DNA from: Desulfobacterales bacterium
GTDB taxonomy: Bacteria; Desulfobacterota; Desulfobacteria; Desulfobacterales; UBA5852
Assembly: GCA_030065275.1 (NCBI GenBank)
Contig: JASJCV010000005.1
Span: 1-42,641 of the forward strand
Length of the DNA stretch: 42,641 nucleotides
Direction of reading: 5' to 3'
A program made the translations under genes and the position numbers. Of this stretch, positions 8,427-18,615 are shown piece after piece; within the stretch, counting starts at the first letter, position 1; each line of letters opens with the position of its first letter. The notes below the pieces were generated by a model. That model was not told the origin of the DNA, searched no databases, and saw nothing but the letters and a program-made list of their open reading frames with translations.

Positions 8427-8637
8427 CCGCCAATGCGTGAGGCGAGCCGAACCGGTTGAACGCTGAGCCCGGAAACGGACGAGCCGCTACCGGGTATAAT
8501 GATTTCCACTACGCTGGCGTGGGCCATGTTAGACGGCCACGCCACTGCTTTTTGGATGGCCACTTCGCATAACCGGGCCGTCAATCGGCGAAAACGCATG
8601 CGCTGCAGGCGCCACGAAGATATGAGGAGAAATGAAA

Positions 8638-8835
8638 ATGCCTAAAATCAAAACCAATCGGGCCGCCGCCAAACGGTTCAAGAAGACGGGCTCGGGGAAA
8701 TATGTGTTTTCCAAGTCACATGCCAGCCATATCCTGACCAAGAAATCACGCAAACGCAAACGCGCATTGCGGCAGGCCCAGATTATCGACAAATCCAACA
8801 CCAAGGAAATCAAGCTGCTCCTGCCTAACGGGTAA
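8638..8835 (+). CDS. rpmI: 50S ribosomal protein L35
   Basis: [21 protein letters not shown]...[12 protein letters not shown]; ATG 8638 has the better SD spacing than 8632. Confidence 0.97.
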   Translation: MPKIKTNRAAAKRFKKTGSGKYVFSKSHASHILTKKSRKRKRALRQAQIIDKSNTKEIKLLLPNG

Positions 8836-8924
8836 CCGCAGCCGCGTGGATGGCCGCCGCCGACCACCCCGGCCGGGATGCATAAGGCTCAGGGGCGCGC
8901 GCCGTCCGTCGAAGGAGAACAAGC

Positions 8925-9275
8925 ATGCGAGTAAAAAGAGGGTTCAAGGCCCGTAAACGACGCAAAAAAATCTTGAAACTGGCCAAGGGATTTCGCGGGG
9001 GGCGCAGCAAGCTGATCCGCACGGCATCGGATGCCGTCGACAAGGCCCTGATGTATTCCTATCGCGACCGGCGCGCCCGCAAGCGTGATTTTCGGCGCCT
9101 GTGGATTACCCGCATCAATGCGGCGGCCCGGATGAACGACCTGTCTTACAGCCGTCTGATGAACGGCCTCAAGAAGGCGGGTATCGAACTGGATCGCAAG
9201 GTGCTGGCCGATCTGGCGGTTTCCGATCCGTCCGGCTTTACCCGGATCGCCTCACTGGCCTCGCAGCAGCTCTAG
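8925..9275 (+). CDS. rplT: 50S ribosomal protein L20
   Basis: MRVKRG...[11 protein letters not shown]...[24 protein letters not shown]. Confidence 0.98.
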   Translation: MRVKRGFKARKRRKKILKLAKGFRGGRSKLIRTASDAVDKALMYSYRDRRARKRDFRRLWITRINAAARMNDLSYSRLMNGLKKAGIELDRKVLADLAVSDPSGFTRIASLASQQL

Positions 9276-9291
9276 CCTCGCCTTTTCCGAC

Positions 9292-9336
9292 AAGGGGACC
9301 TGCGGCTGGATCGGTGGCCGCCTGTCCCCTTTTTTT
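9292..9336 (+). terminator. Intrinsic terminator-like hairpin between rplT and pheS
   Basis: AAGGGGAC..GCGGC / GCCGC..GTCCCCTT stem followed by a T-run. Confidence 0.65.
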
Positions 9337-9377
9337 AGAGACCGCCAACGCGATTCGAACCCAACCGGGGCGCCAAA

Positions 9378-10385
9378 GTGAAACAAGAGATTCAGCAGAT
9401 TCAAGCCGAAGCCCAAGCGGACCTGGCGACCGCCCAGAATGAAAAGGACATCGAAGCCGTAGCCGTCCGGTATCTGGGGCGTAAGGGCGCTCTGACCGGC
9501 TTCTTGCGCAATATCGCCAAACTGCCTCCCGAGGAGCGCGCGGCCGCCGGCAAACAGGCCAACGCCGCTAAACAATCGCTCGAGACGGCCGTACGGAAAG
9601 CCCGTGAGGAACTCGAACGGAGGGCCCCGGAAAAGACCGCCGCTATCGATATAAGCCTTCCCGGGCGGCCGGCCATCCCGGGCCACACCCATCCGATCAG
9701 TCAAATCATGCAGGAAATCTGCAGCATCCTCGAACGCATGGGATTCAGCGTGGCCGAAGGGCCGGAGGTGGAAACCGACTATTACAATTTCGAGGCCCTC
9801 AATGTCCCCAAATACCACCCGGCGCGGGATATGCAGGACACCTTCTACATCTCGGAGAACATCGTTCTGCGCACCCAGACATCTCCCATGCAGATCAGGG
9901 CCATGGAAAACCAGACCCCGCCCGTGGCCGTCATTGCCCCGGGCAAGGTCTTCCGCTGCGATTCCGACCTGACCCATACACCGATGTTTCACCAGGTCGA
10001 GGGTCTGCTGGTGGACGAAAACATTTCTTTCGCCGATCTCAAGGGAACCCTGACCGCTTTCGTGCATGCCATGTTCGACCGCGAGACGGCGCTGCGGTTT
10101 CGCCCCAGCTTCTTCCCGTTTACCGAGCCCAGCGCGGAAGTCGACATCCTGTGCGTCATGTGCCGCGGCAAAGGCTGCCGCGTCTGCGGGCAATCCGGCT
10201 GGCTCGAAATCCTGGGATCCGGTATGGTCCACCCCAACGTCTTCCGCAGCGTGGGGTATGACACGCAGCGCTTCACCGGCTTCGCTTTCGGTATGGGGGT
10301 CGAACGAATCGCCATGCTCAAATACGGCATCGACGACATCCGTAAATTCTTCAATAACGATATGCGCTTTTTAGGGCAATTTTAG
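9378..10385 (+). CDS. pheS: Phenylalanine--tRNA ligase alpha subunit
   Basis: NFEALNVPKYHPARDMQDTFY, LRTQTSPMQIR, HTPMFHQVEG, FRPSFFPFTEPSAE, GFAFGMGVER; GTG start. Confidence 0.98.
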   Translation: MKQEIQQIQAEAQADLATAQNEKDIEAVAVRYLGRKGALTGFLRNIAKLPPEERAAAGKQANAAKQSLETAVRKAREELERRAPEKTAAIDISLPGRPAIPGHTHPISQIMQEICSILERMGFSVAEGPEVETDYYNFEALNVPKYHPARDMQDTFYISENIVLRTQTSPMQIRAMENQTPPVAVIAPGKVFRCDSDLTHTPMFHQVEGLLVDENISFADLKGTLTAFVHAMFDRETALRFRPSFFPFTEPSAEVDILCVMCRGKGCRVCGQSGWLEILGSGMVHPNVFRSVGYDTQRFTGFAFGMGVERIAMLKYGIDDIRKFFNNDMRFLGQF

Positions 10386-10386
10386 C

Positions 10387-12810
10387 ATGAAAGTCAGTCT
10401 GAGTTGGTTGCAGGAATACGTCCCGTTGCCCGACGGTGTGGCGCCGCTGGCCGAGAAGCTGACCATGGTCGGTCTGGAAGTCGATACGATCGAGGACCGC
10501 TTCGGCTATCTGGACACGGTCAAGGTGGCCCGGGTGGAAGCCGTCAGCCCCCACCCGAATGCCGACAAACTGAAATGCTGCACCGTTTCGACCGGCGAAC
10601 ACCGCGCGGAGGTCGTCTGTGGCGCCCCGAACGTGGCCGCCGGTCAGCTGGTCCCTCTCGCGCTCCCCGGAACGGTGTTGCCGGATGGGCGCGAAATCCG
10701 TTCCGCCACGATTCGCGGCGTGGCCTCCTACGGCATGATCTGCAGTCGGGCGGAACTCGAATTGAGCGGCGACCACAGCGGCATCTGGGTCCTGCCCGAC
10801 GCGCTGCCGTTAGGCGTCTCCGTGGCCCAGGCGCTGGATCTCAGCGACCATGTGCTGGACATCGACCTGACCCCCAACCGCCCCGACTGCCTGAGCATCA
10901 TCGGCGTCGCCCGGGAAATTGCCGCCTTCTCCGATCAAGCGCTGACGATGCCGGACACCGGCATCGAAGAGAAAGGCGAGGCGATTCAGGAACGGACCTC
11001 CGTGACGATCGAGGACCCGGACCTCTGTCCGCGCTACGCCGCGCGCCTGATCGAAGATGTCACCGTCGGTTCTTCGCCGGACTGGCTACAGGAGCGCCTG
11101 CGTTCGGTGGGGCAGCGACCCATCAACAACATCGTCGACATCACCAACTTCGTCATGCTCGAGATGGGGCAGCCCCTGCACGCTTTCGATTTTGACCGCC
11201 TGGCCGGACAGCGCATTGTGGTGCGCCGGGCCCGTCCGGGGGAAGCGTTTGTCTCCCTGGACCAGAAGGAACGCCGCCTCGATGCGGACATGCTCATGAT
11301 CTGCGACGGTGAAAAGCCGGTGGCCATCGGCGGCGTCATGGGCGGGCTCAATTCGGAAGTCGAACCCGCCACGCGGAACATCCTCCTCGAAAGCGCCTGC
11401 TTCAATCCCGTGAGCATACGCAAAACCGCCAAGAAGCTCGGCCTGCATACGGAAGCCTCCCATCGGTTCGAGCGCGGGGTCGATCCGGACGGAACCCTTG
11501 CCGCCCTCGACCGGGCCGCCCGGCTGATTGCGGAACTCGGCCAGGGCCGACTGGTGACCGGGGCGATCGACGCCCACCCCGGGAAGACGCCGATGCGTTC
11601 CATTTCCCTGGATATCGCCGCCACCAATCGGCTGCTCGGCACGAACCTGGACGGCTCCGAAATCAGCCGGCTGCTCGCCGCCATCGGAATCGAAACCGAG
11701 GCGGTAGCGGGCGACCCTGACCGGATCAGCGTCACCCCACCCTCGTTTCGCGTCGATTTGACCCAGCCGGAAGACATCATGGAAGAGGTGGCCCGCACAT
11801 GGGGCTATGATCGGATCCCCACACGCCTGCCGCGCATCGCCGCCGACCGCGCCGGACTGACCCCCCTGCGGCGGACGAAACTCAGGCTGGGCCAGTTGAT
11901 GAACGGCCAGGGTTTCACCGAGACGGTCAATTACAGCTTCATCCGCGCCGACGCCGCCGATGTCCTGCTACTGGCCGAAGACGATCCGCGTCGCCGCAGC
12001 GTCAAGATTCTCAACCCGATCAGTGAAGATCAGGCGGTCATGCGGACCACCCTCATTCCGGGTCTTCTGGAAACCCTGGGGCGCAATCTGGCCCACCAGG
12101 TCAAAAATCTCAGGTATTTTGAACTGGGCAAGGTCTTCACCGACCGCGGGGCGGACGAGCAGCCGCATGAAGAGGAAATGCTGGCGGGTCTCTGGTCCGG
12201 CGACCGCGCGGCGGCTGCCTGGCACGCCAAACCGGTGCCCTGCGACTTCTACGACATCAAGGGTGCGGTCGAAAGCCTCTTAAAAGCCCTGCGCATCGAG
12301 GGGGTTGCCTACCAAACCCCGGCCGCCGGAACCGCCCCTTATCTGCGCGCCGGCGCCGCCGCCGCCGTCGTCGCCGCCGACGGAACGCCCTTGGGGGTTT
12401 TGGGGGCGCTCGCACCGGAGGTGGCCGCCGGATTCGATCTCAAACAAAGCGTGTTCATCTTCGAACTCGCCGTGTCCCGGCTGCACGCGATCATTCCCGA
12501 TACGATCACCGCCCGGCCGATCCCGGTATATCCATCGATCGCCAGGGACATCACCCTCATCGTCCCGCGCGCCCTGGCCGCCGAGGCCGTCTGCCGGCAT
12601 ATCCGCAACAGCGGCGAAGCCCTGGTGGAGGACGTGCGTATCTTCGATGTTTTCGAAGGCGTGCCGATTCCAGACGCCAAAAAGAGCCTATCGGTGCGGG
12701 TAACCTATCGCTCGCCCGAAGCCACCCTGGAAGACGATGCGGTCAACACGATTCACCAGCGCCTGAGCGCACAGCTTTTGGAGGCATTCCAGGCTCAACT
12801 GCCGACCTGA
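10387..12810 (+). CDS. pheT: Phenylalanine--tRNA ligase beta subunit
   Basis: MKVSLSWLQEY, HPNADKL, VVCGAPNV, LTPNRPDCLSIIGVARE, GQPLHAFD, SHRFERGVD, C-terminal FDX-ACB domain. Confidence 0.98.
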   Translation: MKVSLSWLQEYVPLPDGVAPLAEKLTMVGLEVDTIEDRFGYLDTVKVARVEAVSPHPNADKLKCCTVSTGEHRAEVVCGAPNVAAGQLVPLALPGTVLPDGREIRSATIRGVASYGMICSRAELELSGDHSGIWVLPDALPLGVSVAQALDLSDHVLDIDLTPNRPDCLSIIGVAREIAAFSDQALTMPDTGIEEKGEAIQERTSVTIEDPDLCPRYAARLIEDVTVGSSPDWLQERLRSVGQRPINNIVDITNFVMLEMGQPLHAFDFDRLAGQRIVVRRARPGEAFVSLDQKERRLDADMLMICDGEKPVAIGGVMGGLNSEVEPATRNILLESACFNPVSIRKTAKKLGLHTEASHRFERGVDPDGTLAALDRAARLIAELGQGRLVTGAIDAHPGKTPMRSISLDIAATNRLLGTNLDGSEISRLLAAIGIETEAVAGDPDRISVTPPSFRVDLTQPEDIMEEVARTWGYDRIPTRLPRIAADRAGLTPLRRTKLRLGQLMNGQGFTETVNYSFIRADAADVLLLAEDDPRRRSVKILNPISEDQAVMRTTLIPGLLETLGRNLAHQVKNLRYFELGKVFTDRGADEQPHEEEMLAGLWSGDRAAAAWHAKPVPCDFYDIKGAVESLLKALRIEGVAYQTPAAGTAPYLRAGAAAAVVAADGTPLGVLGALAPEVAAGFDLKQSVFIFELAVSRLHAIIPDTITARPIPVYPSIARDITLIVPRALAAEAVCRHIRNSGEALVEDVRIFDVFEGVPIPDAKKSLSVRVTYRSPEATLEDDAVNTIHQRLSAQLLEAFQAQLPT

Positions 12811-13010
12811 ATTCGTACTTGACGGTTGCGTACAAGGTCCGATAGCGGCATTACGCTTCAGCCCTTGCCATTGCGGCGTAAATCAGTTACGCCTTGCGCA
12901 TTCCTCAGCGTTCGCACGTTTTGCTTGCGCACCTTGTGAGCACCTGTCACATCAATGCGATAAGCGGATGCATCATCCTTAGCATTCAACACTTTCCGGA
13001 TCGGGGTCCC

Positions 13011-13346
13011 ATGCCGCCCGAAACCGACATACCGGAAAAATTGTACTTCCGTATCGGTGAAGTCAGCGCCATCGCCGGTGTACCCTCCTATGTCCTGCGC
13101 TTTTGGGAAACAGAATTTCCATCCATCAAGCCGCGCCGTACCGATTCCGGCCAGCGCCTCTACCGCCGGGCCGATGTCGATCGGATTCTTCTCATCAAGC
13201 GCCTCCTGCACGACAAGCGCTTCACCATTCAGGGCGCGCGCCAGTATCTGCGGCGGGCCGATCGCGGCTTCAGTCGCGAGGACCTGATGGCGGAAATGGA
13301 GGCTGTCCACCAGGAGTTGCAGGCCATTCGTCGGCTGCTTAAGTGA
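13011..13346 (+). CDS. MerR family transcriptional regulator
   Basis: IPEKLYFRIGEVSAIAGVPSYVLRFWETEFP...GQRLYRRADV...FTIQGAR; the MerR type usually found after pheT(-ihfA). Confidence 0.9.
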   Translation: MPPETDIPEKLYFRIGEVSAIAGVPSYVLRFWETEFPSIKPRRTDSGQRLYRRADVDRILLIKRLLHDKRFTIQGARQYLRRADRGFSREDLMAEMEAVHQELQAIRRLLK

Positions 13347-13360
13347 AGCCCCAAAACATA

Positions 13361-13389
13361 TTGACAAAGGTCGTTTTTTGTCCTAACTA
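13361..13389 (+). promoter_or_regulatory. Putative sigma70 promoter of tRNA-Gly/rimP operon
   Basis: TTGACA at 13361, 17-bp spacer, TAACTA, 13 nt before the tRNA. Confidence 0.5.
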
Positions 13390-13402
13390 ACGTTGTTCGG
13401 AA

Positions 13403-13478
13403 GCGGGCATAGCTCAGCTGGTAGAGTACAAGCTTCCCAAGCTTGGTGTCGCGAGTTCGAATCTCGTTGCCCGCTCCA
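13403..13478 (+). tRNA. tRNA-Gly (anticodon CCC)
   Basis: GCGGGCA acceptor stem, D-arm TAGCTCAGCTGGTAGAGT, anticodon arm CAAGC-TTCCCAA-GCTTG, T-arm GCGAG-TTCGAAT-CTCGT, encoded CCA; 76 nt. Confidence 0.97.
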
Positions 13479-13610
13479 ATTTCCGCCTTTTGCAAAAAAG
13501 GTCGTAATGGGGACGCCTTATGTATCGACGCGATTCTGCTAACCCTAGGATTTTGGTAACTGGCATGAATACATAACGTCTCACTTCGGTTACGCGTTTT
13601 AGTGATTTTG

Positions 13611-13634
13611 AAACGGGCGGATGCCCGTTTTTTT
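13611..13634 (+). terminator. Intrinsic terminator/attenuator upstream of rimP
   Basis: AAACGGGC-GGAT-GCCCGTTT followed by TTTT. Confidence 0.75.
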
Positions 13635-13669
13635 ATTGTGTTAAGCGGCAAGGAATACGGAGTCGGCCG

Positions 13670-14197
13670 TTGATCGACGATAGGGAAGACATACCAGATG
13701 AAAAGAGGGACGGCTTGCGGCACGACCGGCTGGTGGCCGATAGGGCGGGTCGCTTGGCGGAGCCGGTCTGTTACGATGAAGGCCTTGAACTGGTTTACGT
13801 GCAGTACCGGCGTGAATCCAACGGCCGCGTGCTGCGATTTTTCATCGATAAGACCGGCGGCGTGTCCCTGGACGACTGCACCCGGGTCAGCCGTCAGTTG
13901 AGCGATATTCTGGACGTCAACCTCGAAGACATCGGACCCTACCACTTGGAAGTCTCCTCGCCGGGTACGGACCGCCCCCTCGGCAAACCGGAGGATTTCG
14001 CGCGTTTTGAGGGACACCGTGCGCTTATCCGTACGCTGCAGCCGATCGACGGTCGAAAGAATTTCAAAGGCATTTTGAAGGGCATCTCTGCTGACGGTGT
14101 CTGTCTGGCATGCGACAATGAGGAAACGGTGATTCCGCTAGATAAGATATCCATCGCCAGGCTGGTCAATTTTAATGGAGAAATCAAATGTTCGTAG
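13670..14197 (+). CDS. rimP: Ribosome maturation factor RimP
   Basis: GLELVYV...LRFFIDKTGGVSLDDCTRVSRQLSDILD...YHLEVSSPGTDRPL...RKNFKG; TTG start uncertain. Confidence 0.93.
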   Translation: MIDDREDIPDEKRDGLRHDRLVADRAGRLAEPVCYDEGLELVYVQYRRESNGRVLRFFIDKTGGVSLDDCTRVSRQLSDILDVNLEDIGPYHLEVSSPGTDRPLGKPEDFARFEGHRALIRTLQPIDGRKNFKGILKGISADGVCLACDNEETVIPLDKISIARLVNFNGEIKCS

Positions 14198-15810
14198 CAG
14201 ACATCAAACGCGTCGTCGAACAAGTGAGCCGGGATAAAGGAATCGATCGCGAAGTCCTGATCAGTGCGCTTGAAGAAGCGCTCAAGTCAGCTGCTCGGAA
14301 GAAATTCGGAAGCCGGATCGACATTGAAGTTCAGTACAGCGACGAAACCGGTGAAATTGAAGTCTTCCAATTCAAGGACGTCGTCGAGGAGGTCGAGGAT
14401 CCAACCCTGGAAGTCAGCCTGGAAGAAGGGCGCAAACTTGATGCCGAATGTGAGATCGGCGACAGTCTGGGCACCAAGATGGACACCTCCACTTTCGGGC
14501 GCATCGCCGCGCAATCGGCCAAGCAGGTCATCATCCAGAAAATGAAGGATGCCGAAAAGGACGCCGTCTATGCCAATTTTATCGACCGCAAAGGTGAAAT
14601 TATCAACGGGATCGTTCAGCGCATGGATCGGGGCGATATCATCGTCAATCTCGGACACACCGAAGGCGCTCTGCCGGTGCGCGAACAGGTGCCCCGCGAG
14701 GGCTACCGGCGCGGCGACCGTATTCGGGCCTATATCATGGATGTTCTGCACGAATCACGGGGCCCCCAGATCATACTCTCGCGTGCGCATCCGGAGTTTC
14801 TGGTTCTGCTATTCAAAACGGAAGTCCCCGAAATCAGCGAAGGCATCGTCAGCATCATGGGCGCGGCCCGCGAACCCGGGGTCCGGGCCAAAATCGCCGT
14901 ATCCTCCAATAACTCGGACATCGATCCGGTCGGTGCCTGCGTCGGCATGAAGGGCAGCCGGGTGCAAAACGTGGTGCAGGAATTGCGAGGGGAGAAAATC
15001 GACATCATTCCCTGGCACGTGGACGCGGCCAAATACGTCTGCAATGCCCTGGCTCCGGCAGAGATTTCGCGCGTCATCATCGATGAAACCAACCGGGCCA
15101 TGGAGGTGATCGTGCCGGACGATTTTCTTTCCATTGCCATCGGCAAGCGCGGCCAGAATGTGCGCTTGGCCTCCCGCCTGACCGGATGGCACCTCGATGT
15201 CCAGAGCGAAACCAAATACAACGAAACCATGCGCAGCGGCTATGAATCCATCGTGGCGCTGCCAGATGTCGGCGTCAGCCTGGCGGATGCCCTCTATGAA
15301 AAAGGGTTCTTCTCCACGGAAGAAATCAGCATCGCCTCTGTTGAAGATTTGATGCAGGTGCGCGACATGACCGAAGAGGGCGCCGAAGAATTGATTGCCC
15401 TTGCGCGTCAGGCCATTCTGGAAGCCGAAGCGCAAGCGGAAGCCGAGGCCGAGGCGGAAGCAAAAGCGGAAACGGAAGCCGAGGCGGATGGCGAACCGGA
15501 AGAAAGCACCCCGGACATCGCCGCGGCACCCGACGACGAAGCGGGCGCCACGGAGGCCGAAGATGAGGCCTCCGTCGAAGCCGCGGCTGCAGTCGTGGAG
15601 GCTGACCTCGCTGACGATAGCGCCGCCGGCGAAGCGCCGCCCGCAAACGAGGATACAAATGGCGCCGAAGAACCCGGCGACGAAGCGGAGGCCGAAGATG
15701 AGGCCCCCATCGAAGCCGCGGAAGCTGATGCCGCCGACGATAGCCTCGCCAGCGAAGCGCCGCCAGCAAACGAGGACCAAGCAAAAGGCGCCGATGATGC
15801 GCAACGCTAA
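14188..15810 (+). CDS. nusA: Transcription termination/antitermination factor NusA with long acidic tail
   Basis: FGRIAAQSAKQVIIQK, S1 and KH motifs (AREPGVRAKIAV, DPVGACVGMKGSRV, AIGKRGQNVRLAS). Confidence 0.97.
   Translation: MFVADIKRVVEQVSRDKGIDREVLISALEEALKSAARKKFGSRIDIEVQYSDETGEIEVFQFKDVVEEVEDPTLEVSLEEGRKLDAECEIGDSLGTKMDTSTFGRIAAQSAKQVIIQKMKDAEKDAVYANFIDRKGEIINGIVQRMDRGDIIVNLGHTEGALPVREQVPREGYRRGDRIRAYIMDVLHESRGPQIILSRAHPEFLVLLFKTEVPEISEGIVSIMGAAREPGVRAKIAVSSNNSDIDPVGACVGMKGSRVQNVVQELRGEKIDIIPWHVDAAKYVCNALAPAEISRVIIDETNRAMEVIVPDDFLSIAIGKRGQNVRLASRLTGWHLDVQSETKYNETMRSGYESIVALPDVGVSLADALYEKGFFSTEEISIASVEDLMQVRDMTEEGAEELIALARQAILEAEAQAEAEAEAEAKAETEAEADGEPEESTPDIAAAPDDEAGATEAEDEASVEAAAAVVEADLADDSAAGEAPPANEDTNGAEEPGDEAEAEDEAPIEAAEADAADDSLASEAPPANEDQAKGADDAQR
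15551..15797 (+). repeat. Degenerate intragenic tandem duplication in the nusA 3' tail (~135-nt period)
   Basis: CGGAGGCCGAAGATGAGGCC is identical at 15551 and 15686; the peptide EAEDEA..EAA...ADDS...EAPPANED occurs twice. Confidence 0.8.
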
Positions 15811-15895
15811 AACGGGCCGGCCGTCCCGTCTACGTTCCACGCGTCCGATGCGAGTCCGCGTGATTGAATCGGGTCGTTTAAATTAGGGGGAAAGA

Positions 15896-18601
15896 ATGGC
15901 GAAGATCAGGGTGTATGAGCTTGCCAGAGATCTGAACATGACCAACAAGGTCCTGATCGACAAGATGAGCCAGGCGGGCATTGCCGTAAAGAGCCATATG
16001 AGCTCGTTGGACGACGATGCCGTTGCGCAGGTCAAGGAAGCGCTGCTCGGCAAAAAGGCCGAGCAAGTTGAAGAGACGCGGATCAAACCGACTGTCATTC
16101 GACGACGCCGCAAGGTGGTCAAGCAGGCGGTGGAAGAAGTCGACACCGCAACGATCGAAGCCCAAGACGCCGAAGCTCAGCCGGCCACCGAGGACGCTGC
16201 CGGCGAAGAAACAGTTGCTGAGACCCCCCCTGTCGAAGCACGCGACGCCACGTCGGCCGAAGCGGATACGGACGTCATGGCCCCCAAAGCGCCGGCCAAA
16301 GAAGAGATTTCCGCCCGGATTATCTCCCCGCCGCCGGCCGACGACGTGGTGGAACCCGTGGCCGATGCCCCCGCGACCGGTACGGCCGAAGCGCCCGCCC
16401 CACCGGAGGTCACCGATCAACCGACGGAGGATATCCCGGCCGTCGATTCCGACAAGGCGGCTGCCGAAGCGCCACCGGAACCCAAACCCGCGGATACGCC
16501 CGCGGCCAAAATCGTCAAGACCGAACCGGCGGCCAAAATCATCAAGCTGCCTTCCAAACCGGTGGAAAAACCGGCCACGCCCTACCGCACGACCGGTCCC
16601 GGACCGGCGGGCCGGGCAGCGGAAACGCCCCCGGCGGCGGCCGATCTGCGGAAGAAAAAGCGCAAGAAAAAGGCCGAAGAAGACCTGGATCGCAAATTTT
16701 TCAAAAAGAAGATCTCTTTTCGCAAAAAAGCCGTGGTCGAAGGCGCCGATCTCTACGACGGCAAGTCCCGGGGACGCAAGCATCGCAAGGACGCCAAGGT
16801 CAAGTCCGCCACCGCCCAAAAGACCCAGATCACAACGGCCAAGGCCATCAAGCGGCGTGTCAAGGTGGATGAGGCCATTGTCCTGTCCGAACTGGCCAAG
16901 CGCATGGGCATCAAGGCCAGCGAAATCATCAAACAGCTGATGGGCATGGGGGTCATGGCCACCGTCAACCAGAGCCTTGATTTTGAGACCGCGACCCTGG
17001 TGGCGGGGGAATTCGGCTATGAAATCGAAAAAGCGGCCTTTGAGGAGGAATCTTTCTTGAAAGTGGAGCAGGACGATCCCGCTAAAATGGCGGAGCGCCC
17101 GCCGGTCGTCACCATCATGGGGCATGTCGACCACGGCAAGACGTCGCTGCTGGACGTCATCCGCCAGAGCCATGTGACCGACACCGAGGCCGGCGGCATC
17201 ACCCAGCACATCGGCGCCTACAGCGTTTCGACCTCCAAGGGCCCCATCACCTTTCTCGACACCCCCGGGCACGAGGCTTTTACGGCCATGCGATCGCGCG
17301 GCGCCCAGGTGACCGATCTCGTGGTTCTGGTGGTGGCCGCCGATGACGGCGTGATGCCCCAGACGCTTGAGGCCATCAATCACTCCCGGGCTTCGGAAGT
17401 CCCGATCATCGTGGCCGTCAACAAAATCGACAAGGCCGGCGCCGAACCCGACCGCGTCATGCGCGAACTGGCGGAAAACGGCCTGTCCCCCGAGGACTGG
17501 GGCGGCGACACGATCTTCGTACAGGTTTCGGCCAAGGAGAAAACCGGCATCGACGATCTACTGGAGATGATCCTACTGCAGGCCGAAATGCTCGAAATCA
17601 AAGCCAACGCCGACAAACTGGCCTATGGGCACGTCGTCGAGGCCAAACTCGATTCGGGGCGCGGGCCTGTGGCCACCGTCCTGGTCAAGGAGGGCACGCT
17701 CAAAAACGGCGATCCCGTGGTCTGCGGGATCCACCACGGCAAGGTGCGTGCCATGCTGAGCGATCTGGGGCAGACGGTTTCCGAGGCCGGCCCCTCGGTG
17801 CCGGTCGAGGTCCTGGGATTGTCCGGGGTGCCCGTGGCCGGCGACGAGCTTCTGGCACTCAAGGATGAAAAGGATGCCAAACAGGTCAGCATCCACCGCG
17901 GTCAGAAACAGCGGGTCAAGGAGCTGGCCCGATCCAACCGGATGAGCCTGGAAAATCTGTTCGAGCAGATGAAGGAGGGCGAGGTCAAGGACCTCAACCT
18001 GATTATCAAGGCCGACGTCGACGGCTCCATGGAAGCGCTGCGCGACTCGCTGACGAAACTCTCCAACGAGGAGGTCAAGATCAGTATTGTCCATTCGGCC
18101 ACCGGCACCATCACGGAATCGGATGTATCCCTGGCGGCCGTCTCCGATGCGATCATCATCGGATTCAACGTTCGCCCCACACCCAAGGTACAGGCCATGG
18201 CCACCGACGAAAATGTGGACATGCGCTACTATAACGTCATCTATGACGTCATCAAAGAGATCAAGAACGCCATCGCCGGCATGATGGAATCGACCTTTGA
18301 GGAACGTGTCCTGGGGCGCGCCGATGTGCGCCAGGTCTTTCAGATCCCCAAGGTCGGAGCGATCGCCGGCTGCTATGTCACCGACGGCAAAATCGAGCGT
18401 GGCCAGCGCGTGCGGCTGCTCCGCGAGGGTGTGGTGCACTATGAGGGCCGCAATTCCTCCTTGCGCCGGTACAAGGACGATGCCAAGGAGGTCCAGGCGG
18501 GATACGAGTGCGGCATCGGCATCGAAAATTTTAACGACATCAAAGTCGGCGATGTCATCGAGTGCTATTACCTCGAAGAAATTCGCCCGGAAATCGAATA
18601 A
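15896..18601 (+). CDS. infB: Translation initiation factor IF-2
   Basis: [11 protein letters not shown]-terminus; [44 protein letters not shown]. Confidence 0.98.
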   Translation: MAKIRVYELARDLNMTNKVLIDKMSQAGIAVKSHMSSLDDDAVAQVKEALLGKKAEQVEETRIKPTVIRRRRKVVKQAVEEVDTATIEAQDAEAQPATEDAAGEETVAETPPVEARDATSAEADTDVMAPKAPAKEEISARIISPPPADDVVEPVADAPATGTAEAPAPPEVTDQPTEDIPAVDSDKAAAEAPPEPKPADTPAAKIVKTEPAAKIIKLPSKPVEKPATPYRTTGPGPAGRAAETPPAAADLRKKKRKKKAEEDLDRKFFKKKISFRKKAVVEGADLYDGKSRGRKHRKDAKVKSATAQKTQITTAKAIKRRVKVDEAIVLSELAKRMGIKASEIIKQLMGMGVMATVNQSLDFETATLVAGEFGYEIEKAAFEEESFLKVEQDDPAKMAERPPVVTIMGHVDHGKTSLLDVIRQSHVTDTEAGGITQHIGAYSVSTSKGPITFLDTPGHEAFTAMRSRGAQVTDLVVLVVAADDGVMPQTLEAINHSRASEVPIIVAVNKIDKAGAEPDRVMRELAENGLSPEDWGGDTIFVQVSAKEKTGIDDLLEMILLQAEMLEIKANADKLAYGHVVEAKLDSGRGPVATVLVKEGTLKNGDPVVCGIHHGKVRAMLSDLGQTVSEAGPSVPVEVLGLSGVPVAGDELLALKDEKDAKQVSIHRGQKQRVKELARSNRMSLENLFEQMKEGEVKDLNLIIKADVDGSMEALRDSLTKLSNEEVKISIVHSATGTITESDVSLAAVSDAIIIGFNVRPTPKVQAMATDENVDMRYYNVIYDVIKEIKNAIAGMMESTFEERVLGRADVRQVFQIPKVGAIAGCYVTDGKIERGQRVRLLREGVVHYEGRNSSLRRYKDDAKEVQAGYECGIGIENFNDIKVGDVIECYYLEEIRPEIE

Positions 18602-18615
18602 TCGGAGGCCATACG

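Noticed and set aside
9276-9377. pheM-type leader peptide or T-box before pheS
   Set aside because: No Phe-rich mini-ORF or T-box motif; the spacer is short and holds only a terminator-like hairpin
10152-10190. CxxC-x4-CxxC insert in PheS
   Set aside because: A common zinc-finger-like insert in many bacterial PheS proteins; not novel
13403-13610. tRNA-Gly as an integration site for an island
   Set aside because: No integrase, and I found no duplicated tRNA 3' end in the window; core genes continue on both sides
15421-15800. Repeats in nusA as a CRISPR or non-coding repeat array
   Set aside because: In-frame coding low-complexity sequence with no repeat-spacer structure
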